This document shows, in pieces, positions 30,780 to 40,848 of a DNA stretch of 64,000 nt. Source of the stretch: Alphaproteobacteria bacterium. GTDB taxonomy: Bacteria; Pseudomonadota; Alphaproteobacteria; SP197. The notes below the pieces were generated by a model that worked only from the letters and a program-made list of their open reading frames with translations, was not told the origin of the DNA and ran no database searches. The stretch is from NCBI GenBank assembly GCA_964291265.2, contig OZ219747.1, positions 1,984,001 to 2,048,000 of the forward strand, read 5' to 3'. The position numbers were made by a program, and so were the translations under genes. How positions within the stretch are numbered: the first letter of the stretch is position 1; each line of letters opens with the position of its first letter.

Positions 30780-31764
30780 CCATCAGCTCCGGAACATCGC
30801 CTTCGAACACCATATCCGCCACCATGCGCGACAGGGCCGGCGCCAGCAGGAATCCGTGCCGGAAGAGCCCGTTGACGTAGAGAGAGCGGCCGTCGCGCAG
30901 GATGCGCGGACAATTGTCGGGAAAAGCGGGGCGGGCGTCGACACCGATTTCCAGCACCTCCGCCTCACCGAACGCCGGGTGAAGCGCATAGGCGGCGGAC
31001 AGCAGTTCGAGGAGCGAGCGAGCCGTGATGCGTTCCCTCTCGCTCGCCTCGATCATGGTGGCGCCGAGCATGTAGACATCGTCACCGTGGGGCACCACGT
31101 AGAGGGGAATGCGGGGATGCAGCAGGCGGACCGGCCGGCGCAGACGAATGTCCGCGCAGCGCAGCAGGAGCATTTCGCCCTTGACCCCGCGAAGCTCACC
31201 CAGAACGTCACACGCGGCCAATCCTCGACAGTCGATCGACGTGACCCCGTCCGATGCCGGCCACGGCGGAACGTCGTCTGACGGTTCCACCACCACTCCG
31301 CAATCGCGCAGGCGGCGCGCCAGGGCACGAAGCGCGGCACGGGGTGCGAGATGGGCTTCGTCCGGGAAGAACAGGCCGCGCCGGAACCTGCCGGCAAGGT
31401 CGGGTTCGAGTGCGTCGATCGCGTCGCCGTCGAGAGCCCGATGATTGCCGGTCCGGCGCGCAAACCGCTGCAACTCGCCGGCGTCCCGTGCCAGCGCCAG
31501 GACAAGGGTGCCGTTGGACGTCACGGCGTCGGTCCGTGCCCGCCACCATGCGCCTGCCTCGCGTCCGAACCTGACCACGGCCTCATCTGCCGTCTCGCCC
31601 TCGCAGTCCGGCGCCAGCATGCCGCCTGCCCACCATGAGCAGGCATGTGCTCCGGGCTCCGGATGCCTGTCCCGGAGCGCCACGTGGCCGCCTCTTTCGA
31701 CAATGGCGGTGGCGACGCAGAGTCCGGCCACGCCGGCGCCGTGGATCCGGACATCAACCGTCAT
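30757..31764 (-). CDS. thiO: Glycine oxidase
   Basis: GAGVAG, SWWAGGMLAP, RGVKGEM, LLHPR, NGLFRHGFLLAP. Confidence 0.93.
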   Translation of the reverse strand: MTVDVRIHGAGVAGLCVATAIVERGGHVALRDRHPEPGAHACSWWAGGMLAPDCEGETADEAVVRFGREAGAWWRARTDAVTSNGTLVLALARDAGELQRFARRTGNHRALDGDAIDALEPDLAGRFRRGLFFPDEAHLAPRAALRALARRLRDCGVVVEPSDDVPPWPASDGVTSIDCRGLAACDVLGELRGVKGEMLLLRCADIRLRRPVRLLHPRIPLYVVPHGDDVYMLGATMIEASERERITARSLLELLSAAYALHPAFGEAEVLEIGVDARPAFPDNCPRILRDGRSLYVNGLFRHGFLLAPALSRMVADMVFEGDVPELMDATVSQR

Positions 31765-32569
31765 GACCCGATGTCCAGTAGAAGTGGTGAACCGGCCCGT
31801 GTCCGGATCCGAGGTCGAGCTGATCCGCCGCATGCAGGGCGCGGTTGAGGTAGGCATGCGCCTCGGCCGCCGCCTCCGGCAGGGCCCTGTCCTTCGCGAG
31901 CCCCGCAGCGACTGCCGCGGAGAGCGTGCATCCCGTGCCGTGCGTGTTCCGCGTGATGATGCGCGAGGCGCAAAGGACCCTTGGTTCGTCGTCCCTTGTG
32001 ATGAGGACGTCGCGGCACTCGGCGCCGGGCGCGTGTCCGCCCTTCATGAGAACCGCCGACGGCCCAAGATCGAGCAGCGATTCACCCTGCTCGCGCATCC
32101 CGTCCATGGTCATGGCGACGGAAGACCCGAGGAGGCGTGCAGCCTCGGGAAGGTTGGGCGTCAACACGGCAGCAAGGGGAACAAGCTCTTCCACGAGCGC
32201 CGAGACGGCCTCGTCGCGAAGCAGCGCATCTCCCGACTTCGCTACCATGACAGGGTCGAGGACCACCGGTGCATTCGATCCGGCGAGTTCGCGGGCGACG
32301 GTCCGGATGATTCCGGGCGACGAAAGCATGCCGATCTTGATCGCTCCGACTTGGAAGTCGTCGAACACCGCCCGCATCTGCGCGGCCACGACGCCGGGGT
32401 CGATTTCCGCCACGGCGGTGACGGCCACGGTGTTCTGTGCGGTGACCGCCGTGATGACACTGGTACCGTAGACCCCGAAAGAGGCGATCGTCTTGAGGTC
32501 AGCCTGGATTCCGGCGCCTGCGCCGCTGTCGGAGCCGGCGATGGTCAACGCGACAGGTATCGTGGCCAC
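31754..32569 (-). CDS. thiD: Hydroxymethylpyrimidine/phosphomethylpyrimidine kinase
   Basis: [44 protein letters not shown]. Confidence 0.96.
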   Translation of the reverse strand: MATIPVALTIAGSDSGAGAGIQADLKTIASFGVYGTSVITAVTAQNTVAVTAVAEIDPGVVAAQMRAVFDDFQVGAIKIGMLSSPGIIRTVARELAGSNAPVVLDPVMVAKSGDALLRDEAVSALVEELVPLAAVLTPNLPEAARLLGSSVAMTMDGMREQGESLLDLGPSAVLMKGGHAPGAECRDVLITRDDEPRVLCASRIITRNTHGTGCTLSAAVAAGLAKDRALPEAAAEAHAYLNRALHAADQLDLGSGHGPVHHFYWTSGHDG

Positions 32570-32634
32570 ACCGAGTCCTCCGCTGTGCCATCCGGATCGG
32601 GTGGCATGGGGCGGATGAGAACCGGGAGGCTTCT

Positions 32635-32721
32635 TCCGTTTCCTACGCCGGCATGATCCGGGTCAGGTTCCACGGGTCGATCACTCTGGATCTCTCAGCT
32701 CTCTTCGAGCCCCCCGACGGA
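32635..32721 (-). ncRNA. TPP riboswitch
   Basis: Minus strand: CCGTCGGGG...GCTGAGA...GACCCGTGGAACCTGACCCGGATCATGCCGGCGTAGGAAACGG, directly upstream of thiD. Confidence 0.95.
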
Positions 32722-32844
32722 TACCTGCAAGATACCATCATCCGGCGGGGCGGGCAATGCTTCCGGACGTTGCCGTCGAGCGCCATGTTTCGACAGCCGC
32801 GTCGATTCCACGGTCATGGACCGGCGGCACGGGTCCCTCGACGA

Positions 32845-34383
32845 TCAGTCGTCGGCCGTGGCGCCGCCTTCTTCCTTTCGCCGGCGGATGAAGGAGGTCA
32901 GCTCCTCGGCAATGCCGGGGTCCATGTCGGGTGTCTCGTACTCGTCGAGAAGCTGGCGCCACACCCTGGCGGCCCGCCTTGTGGCGTCGACGGCGCCGTC
33001 GCTCTTCCAGGTCTCGAAGTTGCGCCAGTCCGAGAGAACCGGCTCGTAGAAGGCGGTTTCGTAGCGCTCGAGAGTATGGCGGGTGCCGAAGAAATGCCCC
33101 CCCGGACCGACATCGGCAATGGCGTCAACGGCGAGTTCGGGTTCCGAGAAGTCCACGGGCTCCAGGGCCTTGATCATGGTCTGGACCATCTCGAGATCTA
33201 TGGCGATCTTCTCGAACGAGGCGCTGAGCCCCCCCTCCATCCATCCGAAGCTGTGCATCACCATGTTGGTGTGACCCTGCACGGTCGCCCACAGCGACAT
33301 CGCGCTCTCGTAGGTCGCCTGGGCGTCCGGACAGTTGGCGGCATTGACGATGGATGAGCGGTAGGGCAGGGCGTAGTGTCGCGCCATCTGGCCGCCAAGG
33401 AGAACCGCCTTGACATACTCCGGCGTACCGAAGGCCGGAGACCCGGATTTCATGTCGACGTTGCTTGTAAAGCCGCCGTAGACCACGGGAGTGCCGGGGC
33501 CGACCGTCTGGCAGAAGGCGATGGCGGCAAGCGCCTCGGCGTTCTGCTGGGTCAGAGCGCCGGCCATGGTGACCGGCGCCATGGCGCCTGCGAGCGTGAA
33601 CGGTGTGACGACAATGACCTGGTTGCATCGCGCCATCTCGATCATGCCGAGCAACATGGGAATGTCCAGCTGCAGGGGGGAGTTGCAGTTGACGACCGTC
33701 CAGATGCTGGGCTCCTCGAGGAGCACCGCCTCGCTGATGCCGCGGGCGATGCGGACCATGTCGATGGCATCCCTGATCTTGCGCCGGCCGAGCGAGTAGC
33801 CGAAGGCGATCTTGTCGGTCAGGAAGAGCTGCTCGCCAACGATGTCGAGATAACGGATATCGGGATCAACCTCGACGGGCTCCAGCATGGGCGTACAGCC
33901 GTGCACCGCATTGATGACCTGTGCGAGACGCAGCAGGTTGCGATAGTCCCCGAGATTGCCTGCCCGTCGACCGCCCTCGAGATCGGAGACATTCGGATTG
34001 CCGGCGACGGGGAAGAAGTTGATGTGGTTGCCCCCCATGATCCGGCTTCGCGCCGGATTGCGGGCATGGAGAGTCCATTGCCGCGGCGCCCGGGCGACGG
34101 CTTCCTCGATGAAGCCGCGTTCGAACCGCACACGGTTCTCGCCCGGTGTGACGGCGACACCGGCGTCACGGAGAATGTCGCGGGCCTCTTCGAGGAGGAT
34201 GTTGATCCCCGTTTCCTCGAGAACGCGCATCGAGGCGTCGTGGATGGCCTCGACATCGTCGGGACCGGCGATGTCCAGGGCCGGGTAGGGATTGCGCACG
34301 ACGGTCCACGGCAGCTGCGGCACCTTCCGGGATCCCTTGCGTTCCTTCCTTCTGCCGGCGGCCTGCCGCCGTGATCGCCGCAT
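32845..34383 (-). CDS. mttB: Trimethylamine methyltransferase (MttB) family protein, non-pyrrolysine
   Basis: NSPL, TPFTLAGAMAPVT, SNVDMKSGSPAFGTPE, HSFGWMEGG, GPGGHFFG; no in-frame amber. Confidence 0.92.
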   Translation of the reverse strand: MRRSRRQAAGRRKERKGSRKVPQLPWTVVRNPYPALDIAGPDDVEAIHDASMRVLEETGINILLEEARDILRDAGVAVTPGENRVRFERGFIEEAVARAPRQWTLHARNPARSRIMGGNHINFFPVAGNPNVSDLEGGRRAGNLGDYRNLLRLAQVINAVHGCTPMLEPVEVDPDIRYLDIVGEQLFLTDKIAFGYSLGRRKIRDAIDMVRIARGISEAVLLEEPSIWTVVNCNSPLQLDIPMLLGMIEMARCNQVIVVTPFTLAGAMAPVTMAGALTQQNAEALAAIAFCQTVGPGTPVVYGGFTSNVDMKSGSPAFGTPEYVKAVLLGGQMARHYALPYRSSIVNAANCPDAQATYESAMSLWATVQGHTNMVMHSFGWMEGGLSASFEKIAIDLEMVQTMIKALEPVDFSEPELAVDAIADVGPGGHFFGTRHTLERYETAFYEPVLSDWRNFETWKSDGAVDATRRAARVWRQLLDEYETPDMDPGIAEELTSFIRRRKEEGGATADD

Positions 34384-34466
34384 CACGCTCCTCCGGCCTT
34401 CAAAACGAAAAGCGCCGGCAGCAACAGCCGCCGGCGCTTGCCCGGGTCGTCGAGCGACCTGATCAA

Positions 34467-36065
34467 TCAGGCCCTGCTCTCGTCGATCCAGATCTCCTCG
34501 TAAGGCCATCCGGCGCCGCCCGCGAAGGCGGAACTGCCGTGAAAGTTCCGGATGCGCGAGGTGGTCGCCTCGATGTAGTTCGTGAAGAACGGCAGGAACA
34601 GTCCACCGTCGTCGTGCAGCAGGGTGCACGCCTCGCAGTAGATTTCCAGGCGCTTGGCATCGTCCGTCTCCAGTCGCCCCATGACGAGCAGTTCGTCGAA
34701 CCGTTCGTTGCACCAGAACGTTTCGTTCCAGGACCCGCCGCAGGCATGGGCGATCGTCAGGATCGAATCGGCGGTTGGTCGGGAATTCCAGCCGGTCGCG
34801 CAGAACGGCACCTGCATCCAGGTATGGCTCCAGTAGCCATCATCGGGCACACGATTGAGTTCGATGGGAATGCCCGCCTCGCGTGCGTGCTCCTGGAGAA
34901 TGGTGCTGGCGTCGATGGCGTTCGAATGCGCCGCATTCGAGACGGCAAGCTCGATCGACGAGAGACCGGTCTTGTCCCAGTGCCACCTAGCCTTTTCCGG
35001 ATCGTAGTTGTGCTGCGGGATGGCGTCACAGTACGTCGGCAGCCCCGGATTGACCGGGAAATCGTTGCCGATCCGGCCATGCCCGACCATCACCTTGTCG
35101 ACGACGACATTCCGGTCGACGGCGTGTTTCATCGCCAGGCGCAGGTTGAGATCGTCCGTGGGCGCCCTGTCGACTGCCATGATCCAGGCAAACCAGGAAC
35201 CCGACGGGGTCGAGTGGACCCTGACTCCGGGATTCTGACCCAGCAGCGAGGTGATACGGGGTTCGATATTGATGTCGATGTCGATGTCACCGGCCTGCAG
35301 GGCGCTCGAGCGTGCCGCGTTGTCGGGAATTCCCTGGGTGATGAAGGTCGAGACGTGTCCGGCATCCGGGTTCCAGTAGTTCTCGTTCTTCTCGGCGATC
35401 GAGGCCAGTCCCGGCGTGAACTCCACGAGCCTGTAGGGTCCGGTGCCGACAACGGGGTCGCCGTCCTTCCAGCCTTCCTTGACGATCGACGTGTGGTAGT
35501 CGTGTCCCAGGGTGACCGGGAAGTCGGCATTGCCCGAATCGAGCGTGATCCTGACGACGTCGGGACCATCGGCCCGCATGTCCACGATCGGCGCCAGCAG
35601 GGGCTTGGAGGGTGATTCGGAGCCTTCCTTGATGTGTTCGCCAAGAGAATAGATGACATCGTCTGCCGTCAGGGTCTTTCCGTCGTGGAATTCGACTCCC
35701 TGGCGCAGCTTGAACGTCCACTCGGACGCCTGGTTGGCCGCTTCCCATTCTGCTGCAAGGTTGGGAACGACGTTCATATCGCGGTCAAGGTTGGTCAACC
35801 GGTTGTAGACCTGGTAGGCACGCTGAATGTCCGTGCTGTTGGTCATCTTTGTGGGATCGTAGGTCTCTTCGGCGCCGGTGTACTCCGGGCCGATGCGGAC
35901 CTCACCGCCCTTCATCGGCGTTTCGGCGATGCCGGCGCTGCCCAGCATGGTCGTTGCCGCAGTCACTCCGACTCCGAGTTGACCGGCACGACCGATGAAC
36001 TCCCGGCGGTCAAGGCGACCGGCCCGGATCTCGTCAATCATCCAGTCGAGTTGTTGTTGGCTCAT
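34467..36065 (-). CDS. Peptide/nickel-type (family 5) ABC substrate-binding protein with Tat signal
   Basis: DRREF Tat motif, FKLRQGVEFHDG, GTGPY, RLAMKHAVDR. Confidence 0.9.
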   Translation of the reverse strand: MSQQQLDWMIDEIRAGRLDRREFIGRAGQLGVGVTAATTMLGSAGIAETPMKGGEVRIGPEYTGAEETYDPTKMTNSTDIQRAYQVYNRLTNLDRDMNVVPNLAAEWEAANQASEWTFKLRQGVEFHDGKTLTADDVIYSLGEHIKEGSESPSKPLLAPIVDMRADGPDVVRITLDSGNADFPVTLGHDYHTSIVKEGWKDGDPVVGTGPYRLVEFTPGLASIAEKNENYWNPDAGHVSTFITQGIPDNAARSSALQAGDIDIDINIEPRITSLLGQNPGVRVHSTPSGSWFAWIMAVDRAPTDDLNLRLAMKHAVDRNVVVDKVMVGHGRIGNDFPVNPGLPTYCDAIPQHNYDPEKARWHWDKTGLSSIELAVSNAAHSNAIDASTILQEHAREAGIPIELNRVPDDGYWSHTWMQVPFCATGWNSRPTADSILTIAHACGGSWNETFWCNERFDELLVMGRLETDDAKRLEIYCEACTLLHDDGGLFLPFFTNYIEATTSRIRNFHGSSAFAGGAGWPYEEIWIDESRA

Positions 36066-36296
36066 GTTGGCGCTCTCCCTCAGCAGTTTTCGTTCATCGA
36101 CATGCCCGTTGTGAGCATGCATGCAAGGTTCAAACCTACTCTGCGTCGGACCTCAAGGGAAGCTCTCCTGGACCAGAGGGTCCCTTCGTGCCCGGCTTCG
36201 CCGGGGAAGGGACTTCTTGCGGCCGTGGCAGGAATCGAGGGCGGGCCATGGTCCCGGAAGACTGTCCGGCAGGATGATGGCGTGGTTCCCGGAGAA

Positions 36297-37010
36297 TCAG
36301 GGGACGGGCCTGCAGGCCAGGGCGGCGGCGAATCGTTCCTCTCCGAGATCGATGAGGTTAAGGGGCGGTGAGGGATCTCCCGGAAACCGGAAGAGGCACG
36401 CGGGCGCGCCGTCGAGCACCGTTTCGGGGATCTCGAACCGGGATGGACCCAACGACAGGCCGGTGCCGATGGCCTTGAGCAGTGCTTCCTTCATGGTCCA
36501 CAGGCGGTAGAAGAGGTGGAGGCGTGCCGTGCCGGAGACGCGGGCCAGCCGCTGGCGTTCCAGCGGTCCGTACACCCGGCCGGTGAGTTCCGCGAAGTCG
36601 CGGTGCGGGGAGCGTTCCTGCACATCGACACCGAGATCGTCATGTCCGCCGATGGCGATCAGGCCGTGACCGCCGCTGTGCGAAACACTGAAGCCGATGG
36701 AGGAATGCCTGCCGCCGATGATGGCAAAGGGCTTGCCGTGGTCCAGGTGACCGAATGAGAGATCATCCGCGCAACAACCGGCATGCTCGGCCAGACTGAC
36801 GCGCAGGGCCGCCCGGCACAGGGCAAACGCGCTCCGGGCCCCTGCCGACAGGGAGCGTTGCCACCGCGCCCGTTCGGCGTCGTCGAGCAGGGCGACGGCA
36901 TGTTCCTCGCGTCCTGGGGAGGGGGCGAGATCCACATGGAGAATGGTCGTGTTCTCCACCGCGCACCAGGGACTCCACCACCGGTCTACCGTCGTGCCAG
37001 GTTCAGTCAT
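36297..37010 (-). CDS. Sfp-type 4'-phosphopantetheinyl transferase
   Basis: GKP, FSVSHS, GVDVQ, WTMKEALLKAIGTGL. Confidence 0.88.
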   Translation of the reverse strand: MTEPGTTVDRWWSPWCAVENTTILHVDLAPSPGREEHAVALLDDAERARWQRSLSAGARSAFALCRAALRVSLAEHAGCCADDLSFGHLDHGKPFAIIGGRHSSIGFSVSHSGGHGLIAIGGHDDLGVDVQERSPHRDFAELTGRVYGPLERQRLARVSGTARLHLFYRLWTMKEALLKAIGTGLSLGPSRFEIPETVLDGAPACLFRFPGDPSPPLNLIDLGEERFAAALACRPVP

Positions 37011-37962
37011 CCCGCCGCCCCACCCGGTCGGCGAGGAGGCACAGGATCTCGAACATGAAGGTAGCCCCGACCAGCGCCGTGTTTCCGCTGGGATCGAAGG
37101 GCGGGGCCACCTCGACCACGTCGCCACCCACGAGATCGAGACCCTGGAGACCCCTCACCACTTCCTGGGCCTCGCGCGTTGTCATGCCGCCGATCTCGGG
37201 CGTGCCGGTACCCGGCGCAAACGCCGGATCAAGTCCGTCAACGTCGAAGCTGATGTAGGTTGGACCATCTCCGACCACGCGGCGCGCTTCCTGGACGACC
37301 TGTTCCGGGCCCCTTGCGGTGAATTCCTCCATGTAGATGACGCGCATGCCGCTCTCTTCGGCGAAGGCCATGTCGCCGGCGCCGTAGATCGACCCGCGGA
37401 TACCGATCTGAACGGTGCGTCGGGGATCGAGAAGGCCCTCCTCGACAGCTCGCCTGAAGGGGGTGCCATGGGTGTAGGGATTGTCGCCGAAGTAACGGTC
37501 GTTGGTGTCGCTGTGGGCATCGAAGTGCACCATGCCGACGGGACGGTCGCCGGCGATGGCGCGCATGATCGGCAGGGTGATCAGGTGGTCGCCGCCGGCG
37601 GACAGCGGCAGGGCGCCTGCCAGGTCGATCGTCCGGTAGAATCGCTCGATCCGTTCGAGGGAGTCCATGAGGTCGATGGGATTGACCGGGCAGTCGCCGA
37701 GATCCGCCACCTGGGCAAGGTCATAGGGCGCGAGGCGCGAGACATGGTGGACCTTGCGCAACAGGCTCGACTGGTTGCGGATTTCGCGTGGTCCGTGACG
37801 GGCGCCGGCACGGTTGGTCGTGCCGCCATCCCAGGGAACGCCGACGAGGGCGATGTCGAGACCGTCCGCATGGCGCACGTGGGGCAGGCGCATGAATGTC
37901 GGAATGTCGCCGAATCGCGGTACAAGGGATGCATCGACGGGTTGATTGTGGTCCTGAACCAT
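37003..37962 (-). CDS. speB: Agmatinase/guanidinobutyrase family ureohydrolase
   Basis: TFMRLP, GGDH, DAHSD, HGTPF, DVDGLDP..APGTGTPE. Confidence 0.9.
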   Translation of the reverse strand: MVQDHNQPVDASLVPRFGDIPTFMRLPHVRHADGLDIALVGVPWDGGTTNRAGARHGPREIRNQSSLLRKVHHVSRLAPYDLAQVADLGDCPVNPIDLMDSLERIERFYRTIDLAGALPLSAGGDHLITLPIMRAIAGDRPVGMVHFDAHSDTNDRYFGDNPYTHGTPFRRAVEEGLLDPRRTVQIGIRGSIYGAGDMAFAEESGMRVIYMEEFTARGPEQVVQEARRVVGDGPTYISFDVDGLDPAFAPGTGTPEIGGMTTREAQEVVRGLQGLDLVGGDVVEVAPPFDPSGNTALVGATFMFEILCLLADRVGRRDD

Positions 37963-38090
37963 GCCGCGATACTCCCCGAACGGTGGGCCAAGCTTGGCGC
38001 GAAGAACGTGACGCCGCAAGCCGCCATGCCTTGATCGCCCCGGTGCGTCGCGACACACTCCGGCGGGCTGACAACGGGGCGCGAGGATCG

Positions 38091-40454
38091 ATGAGCGGAC
38101 GCGAAGAGAACATCAAGTACCTTGTCACCGACCTTCCGGGATTTCCCGACTCCGAACTTGCCGGTATCAGCAATCGGCTCTTCGGCGTCGAGGGTGAGTA
38201 CCGTCCGCTCGACTCGGACCGGGATCAGAACTTCCTTCTCACAAGCGGCGATGATCGCTGGGTCCTGAAGTTTCACCATCCGGAGGAAGAGGCGTCCGTC
38301 GTCGATTTCCAGAACGCCGCGCTTCGCCACATCGCCGCCACGGCCCCGGACATCCTCGTGCCGGAGGTGGTGCCCACCCTCACTGGCGAGCCCTTTGCCA
38401 GAGTCACGGCACCCGATGGCCGCGAGAGCATCGTGCGCCTCCTGACCTGGGTTCCGGGATCGAGCGTCGATTCGTTCCCCTCGACGCGCCGGCAGCGCCG
38501 CGGGCTGGGGGTCCTGGTGGCGCGCCTCGACCGAGCGCTGGAGGGATTCTTCCACCCGGCCGCCCGGCATACCCTGCTGTGGGACATCCGGCAGGCGCCA
38601 AGGCTGCGCGTCCACACAGGGGACATCGCGCAACCGTCCTCGCGTCAACTCGTGGAAACCGCGCTCGACCGTTTCATGCGCAACGTCCTGCCGTGCTGGA
38701 ATCACTTCCGCAGCCAGGTGATTCACAATGACGCCAACCGGAACAATGTCGTCGCCCATGAGGACACGCCGGATGAACCCGACGGCGTGATTGACTTCGG
38801 CGACATGATGCATGGCCCCGTGGCATGCGAACTTGCCCTGGCCTGCGACAACCATGCCCTTGGCTCGGACCGGCCCCTGGAAGACATCATCGATGTGGCG
38901 ATCGGGTTCGATTCGGTTCTCGCCCTGCGGGAAGACGAGGTCGACGCGCTCTTCGACATGATCGCCGCCCGCCTTGCCATCGGCGCCGTGATCGTGGCGC
39001 GAAGGGCCGTGGCACGCCTTGGCTCTCCTCCTTACATGCCCGGATACGATCTCGACGTCTTTGCAGCCCTCGACATCATGTTCCAGACCGGCCCTGACAA
39101 GGCCACGGCGGCATTCCGCGATGCGCTGCGCATGCCGCATCGTTGTCCGAAGGGCACGGTGACGACGCCGGAGTCGGATGCGCTTGAGGGAGAGCTTGAA
39201 CGGCGTTACCGGTATCTCGGGCGGAATCTGACGCTCTTCTATCGAAAGCCCCTGCATGTCGAGAGGGGCGAGGGCGCCATTCTCTACGACGCCAATGGCC
39301 GCGCCTTCATCGACGCCTACAACAACGTCGCCAGTGTCGGCCACTGCCATCCGCACGTGGTCAACGCCATATCCCGCCAGGCGGGGGCACTCGGCACCAA
39401 CACGCGCTACGTCTACCGTGTTCTCGCCGACTATGCCGAAAGGCTGCAGGCGACGATGCCCGACCATCTCACCTCTTCGATCATGGTGAACTCGGGAAGC
39501 GAGGCCAACGACATCGCCTGGCGAATCGCCACCCTGCTCACCGGCCGGCGCGGCGGCATTGTCATGGAGGATGCCTATCACGGAATCACCGAGGCGATCA
39601 GTCACCTTTCGCCGGAACGGCCCGAGGCGGTGGCGCCGCATGTGCGCACGCTGATGTCACCGGATCCCTACCGCAACCGCGTTGAAGGGAAGGAGGATCC
39701 CGCCGCCATTTACGCCGCCGATGCTGACCGGGCCATCCGCGAGCTCGATGAGGCGGGTTTCGGAACGGCCTGCTTCATGATCGATACCTCCTTCTGCTCC
39801 AACGGTATTCCCGACGTGCCCGCCGGGTACCTGCAGGACGTTGCGGCGCGGGTGCGCTCCGCCGGCGGCATGATCATTGCAGACGAAGTGCAGTATGGCT
39901 TCGGCCGTCCAGGCACACACATGTGGGGATTCGATCGCCACGGGATGAAGCCGGACATCGTCACCCTGGGCAAGCCGGTGGGTGACGGCTTTCCTCTCGG
40001 CGTGGTCGTGACCACCGCCGAGATTCTCGAGGAGTTCTCCAGGGCATCGGGTCTCTTCTCGACATTCGGCGGCAATCCGGTAGCCTGTGCGGCCGGCATT
40101 GCCGTGCTCGATGTTCTCGAACGCGAGGAGTTGCTGGAGAATGCCCGAACCACCGGCGGCTACCTCAAGGAGGGCCTCGAGGATCTGAAGGACCGCCATC
40201 CCATGCTCGGGGACGTGCGTGGCCACGGCTTCATCACGGGAGTCGAGATCGTCGAGGACCGCGATACCCGGGAGCCGGACGCCGAAGGCATGGCGGCAGT
40301 GCAGAACCGGATGCGGGAACTCGGAGTGCTCGTTGGCAGGGAGGGGCGGTTCGGCAATGTCTTCAAGATCCGGCCGCCCATGATCTTCCGGCGCAGACAC
40401 GCCGATGCGCTGATCGCGGCGATGGACCAGGCGATGAACGAACTGGGGAGATGA
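38091..40454 (+). CDS. Fusion of APH-like (hydroxylysine kinase type) phosphotransferase and class III PLP enzyme (phospho-lyase type)
   Basis: N-terminal DQNF, IHNDAN..N, IDFGD; C-terminal YNNV..VGHCHP, NSGSEAND, DEVQ.GFGR, TLGKP. Confidence 0.9.
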   Translation: MSGREENIKYLVTDLPGFPDSELAGISNRLFGVEGEYRPLDSDRDQNFLLTSGDDRWVLKFHHPEEEASVVDFQNAALRHIAATAPDILVPEVVPTLTGEPFARVTAPDGRESIVRLLTWVPGSSVDSFPSTRRQRRGLGVLVARLDRALEGFFHPAARHTLLWDIRQAPRLRVHTGDIAQPSSRQLVETALDRFMRNVLPCWNHFRSQVIHNDANRNNVVAHEDTPDEPDGVIDFGDMMHGPVACELALACDNHALGSDRPLEDIIDVAIGFDSVLALREDEVDALFDMIAARLAIGAVIVARRAVARLGSPPYMPGYDLDVFAALDIMFQTGPDKATAAFRDALRMPHRCPKGTVTTPESDALEGELERRYRYLGRNLTLFYRKPLHVERGEGAILYDANGRAFIDAYNNVASVGHCHPHVVNAISRQAGALGTNTRYVYRVLADYAERLQATMPDHLTSSIMVNSGSEANDIAWRIATLLTGRRGGIVMEDAYHGITEAISHLSPERPEAVAPHVRTLMSPDPYRNRVEGKEDPAAIYAADADRAIRELDEAGFGTACFMIDTSFCSNGIPDVPAGYLQDVAARVRSAGGMIIADEVQYGFGRPGTHMWGFDRHGMKPDIVTLGKPVGDGFPLGVVVTTAEILEEFSRASGLFSTFGGNPVACAAGIAVLDVLEREELLENARTTGGYLKEGLEDLKDRHPMLGDVRGHGFITGVEIVEDRDTREPDAEGMAAVQNRMRELGVLVGREGRFGNVFKIRPPMIFRRRHADALIAAMDQAMNELGR

Positions 40455-40458
40455 CACG

Positions 40459-40848
40459 ATGTTCAGTCACATCACACTCGGCACCAATGACCTGGAACGC
40501 GCCCTGCAGTTCTACGACGCCATACTCGAGCCACTGGGAATCGTCCGGTTGCTTTCGTCATCCGAGTACGGGTTCGCCGGCTATGGGCATCCCGGCGAGA
40601 GGTCCGGCTTCTTTGTCTGCCTGCCGTTCAACAAGAGGGAAGCCACGGCGGGGAACGGCACTCACGCAGCCTTCCTCGCGTCTTCAAGGGAGGCGGTTGA
40701 CGCCTTCCATGCATGCGGACTCGCGCTTGGGGCCACGGACGAAGGCGCACCGGGCCCGCGGCCTCACTACCACGAGCATTACTATGGCGCCTACCTGCGC
40801 GATCACGACGGCAACAAGCTTCAGGCCTGTTGTCATGCTCCGGCCTGA
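40459..40848 (+). CDS. VOC/glyoxalase family protein
   Basis: FSHITLGTNDL, GNGTHAAF, GAPGPR, YLRDHDGNK. Confidence 0.9.
   Translation: MFSHITLGTNDLERALQFYDAILEPLGIVRLLSSSEYGFAGYGHPGERSGFFVCLPFNKREATAGNGTHAAFLASSREAVDAFHACGLALGATDEGAPGPRPHYHEHYYGAYLRDHDGNKLQACCHAPA

Noticed and set aside
32845-34383. Pyrrolysine-containing MttB
   Set aside because: No in-frame TAG and no pyl genes
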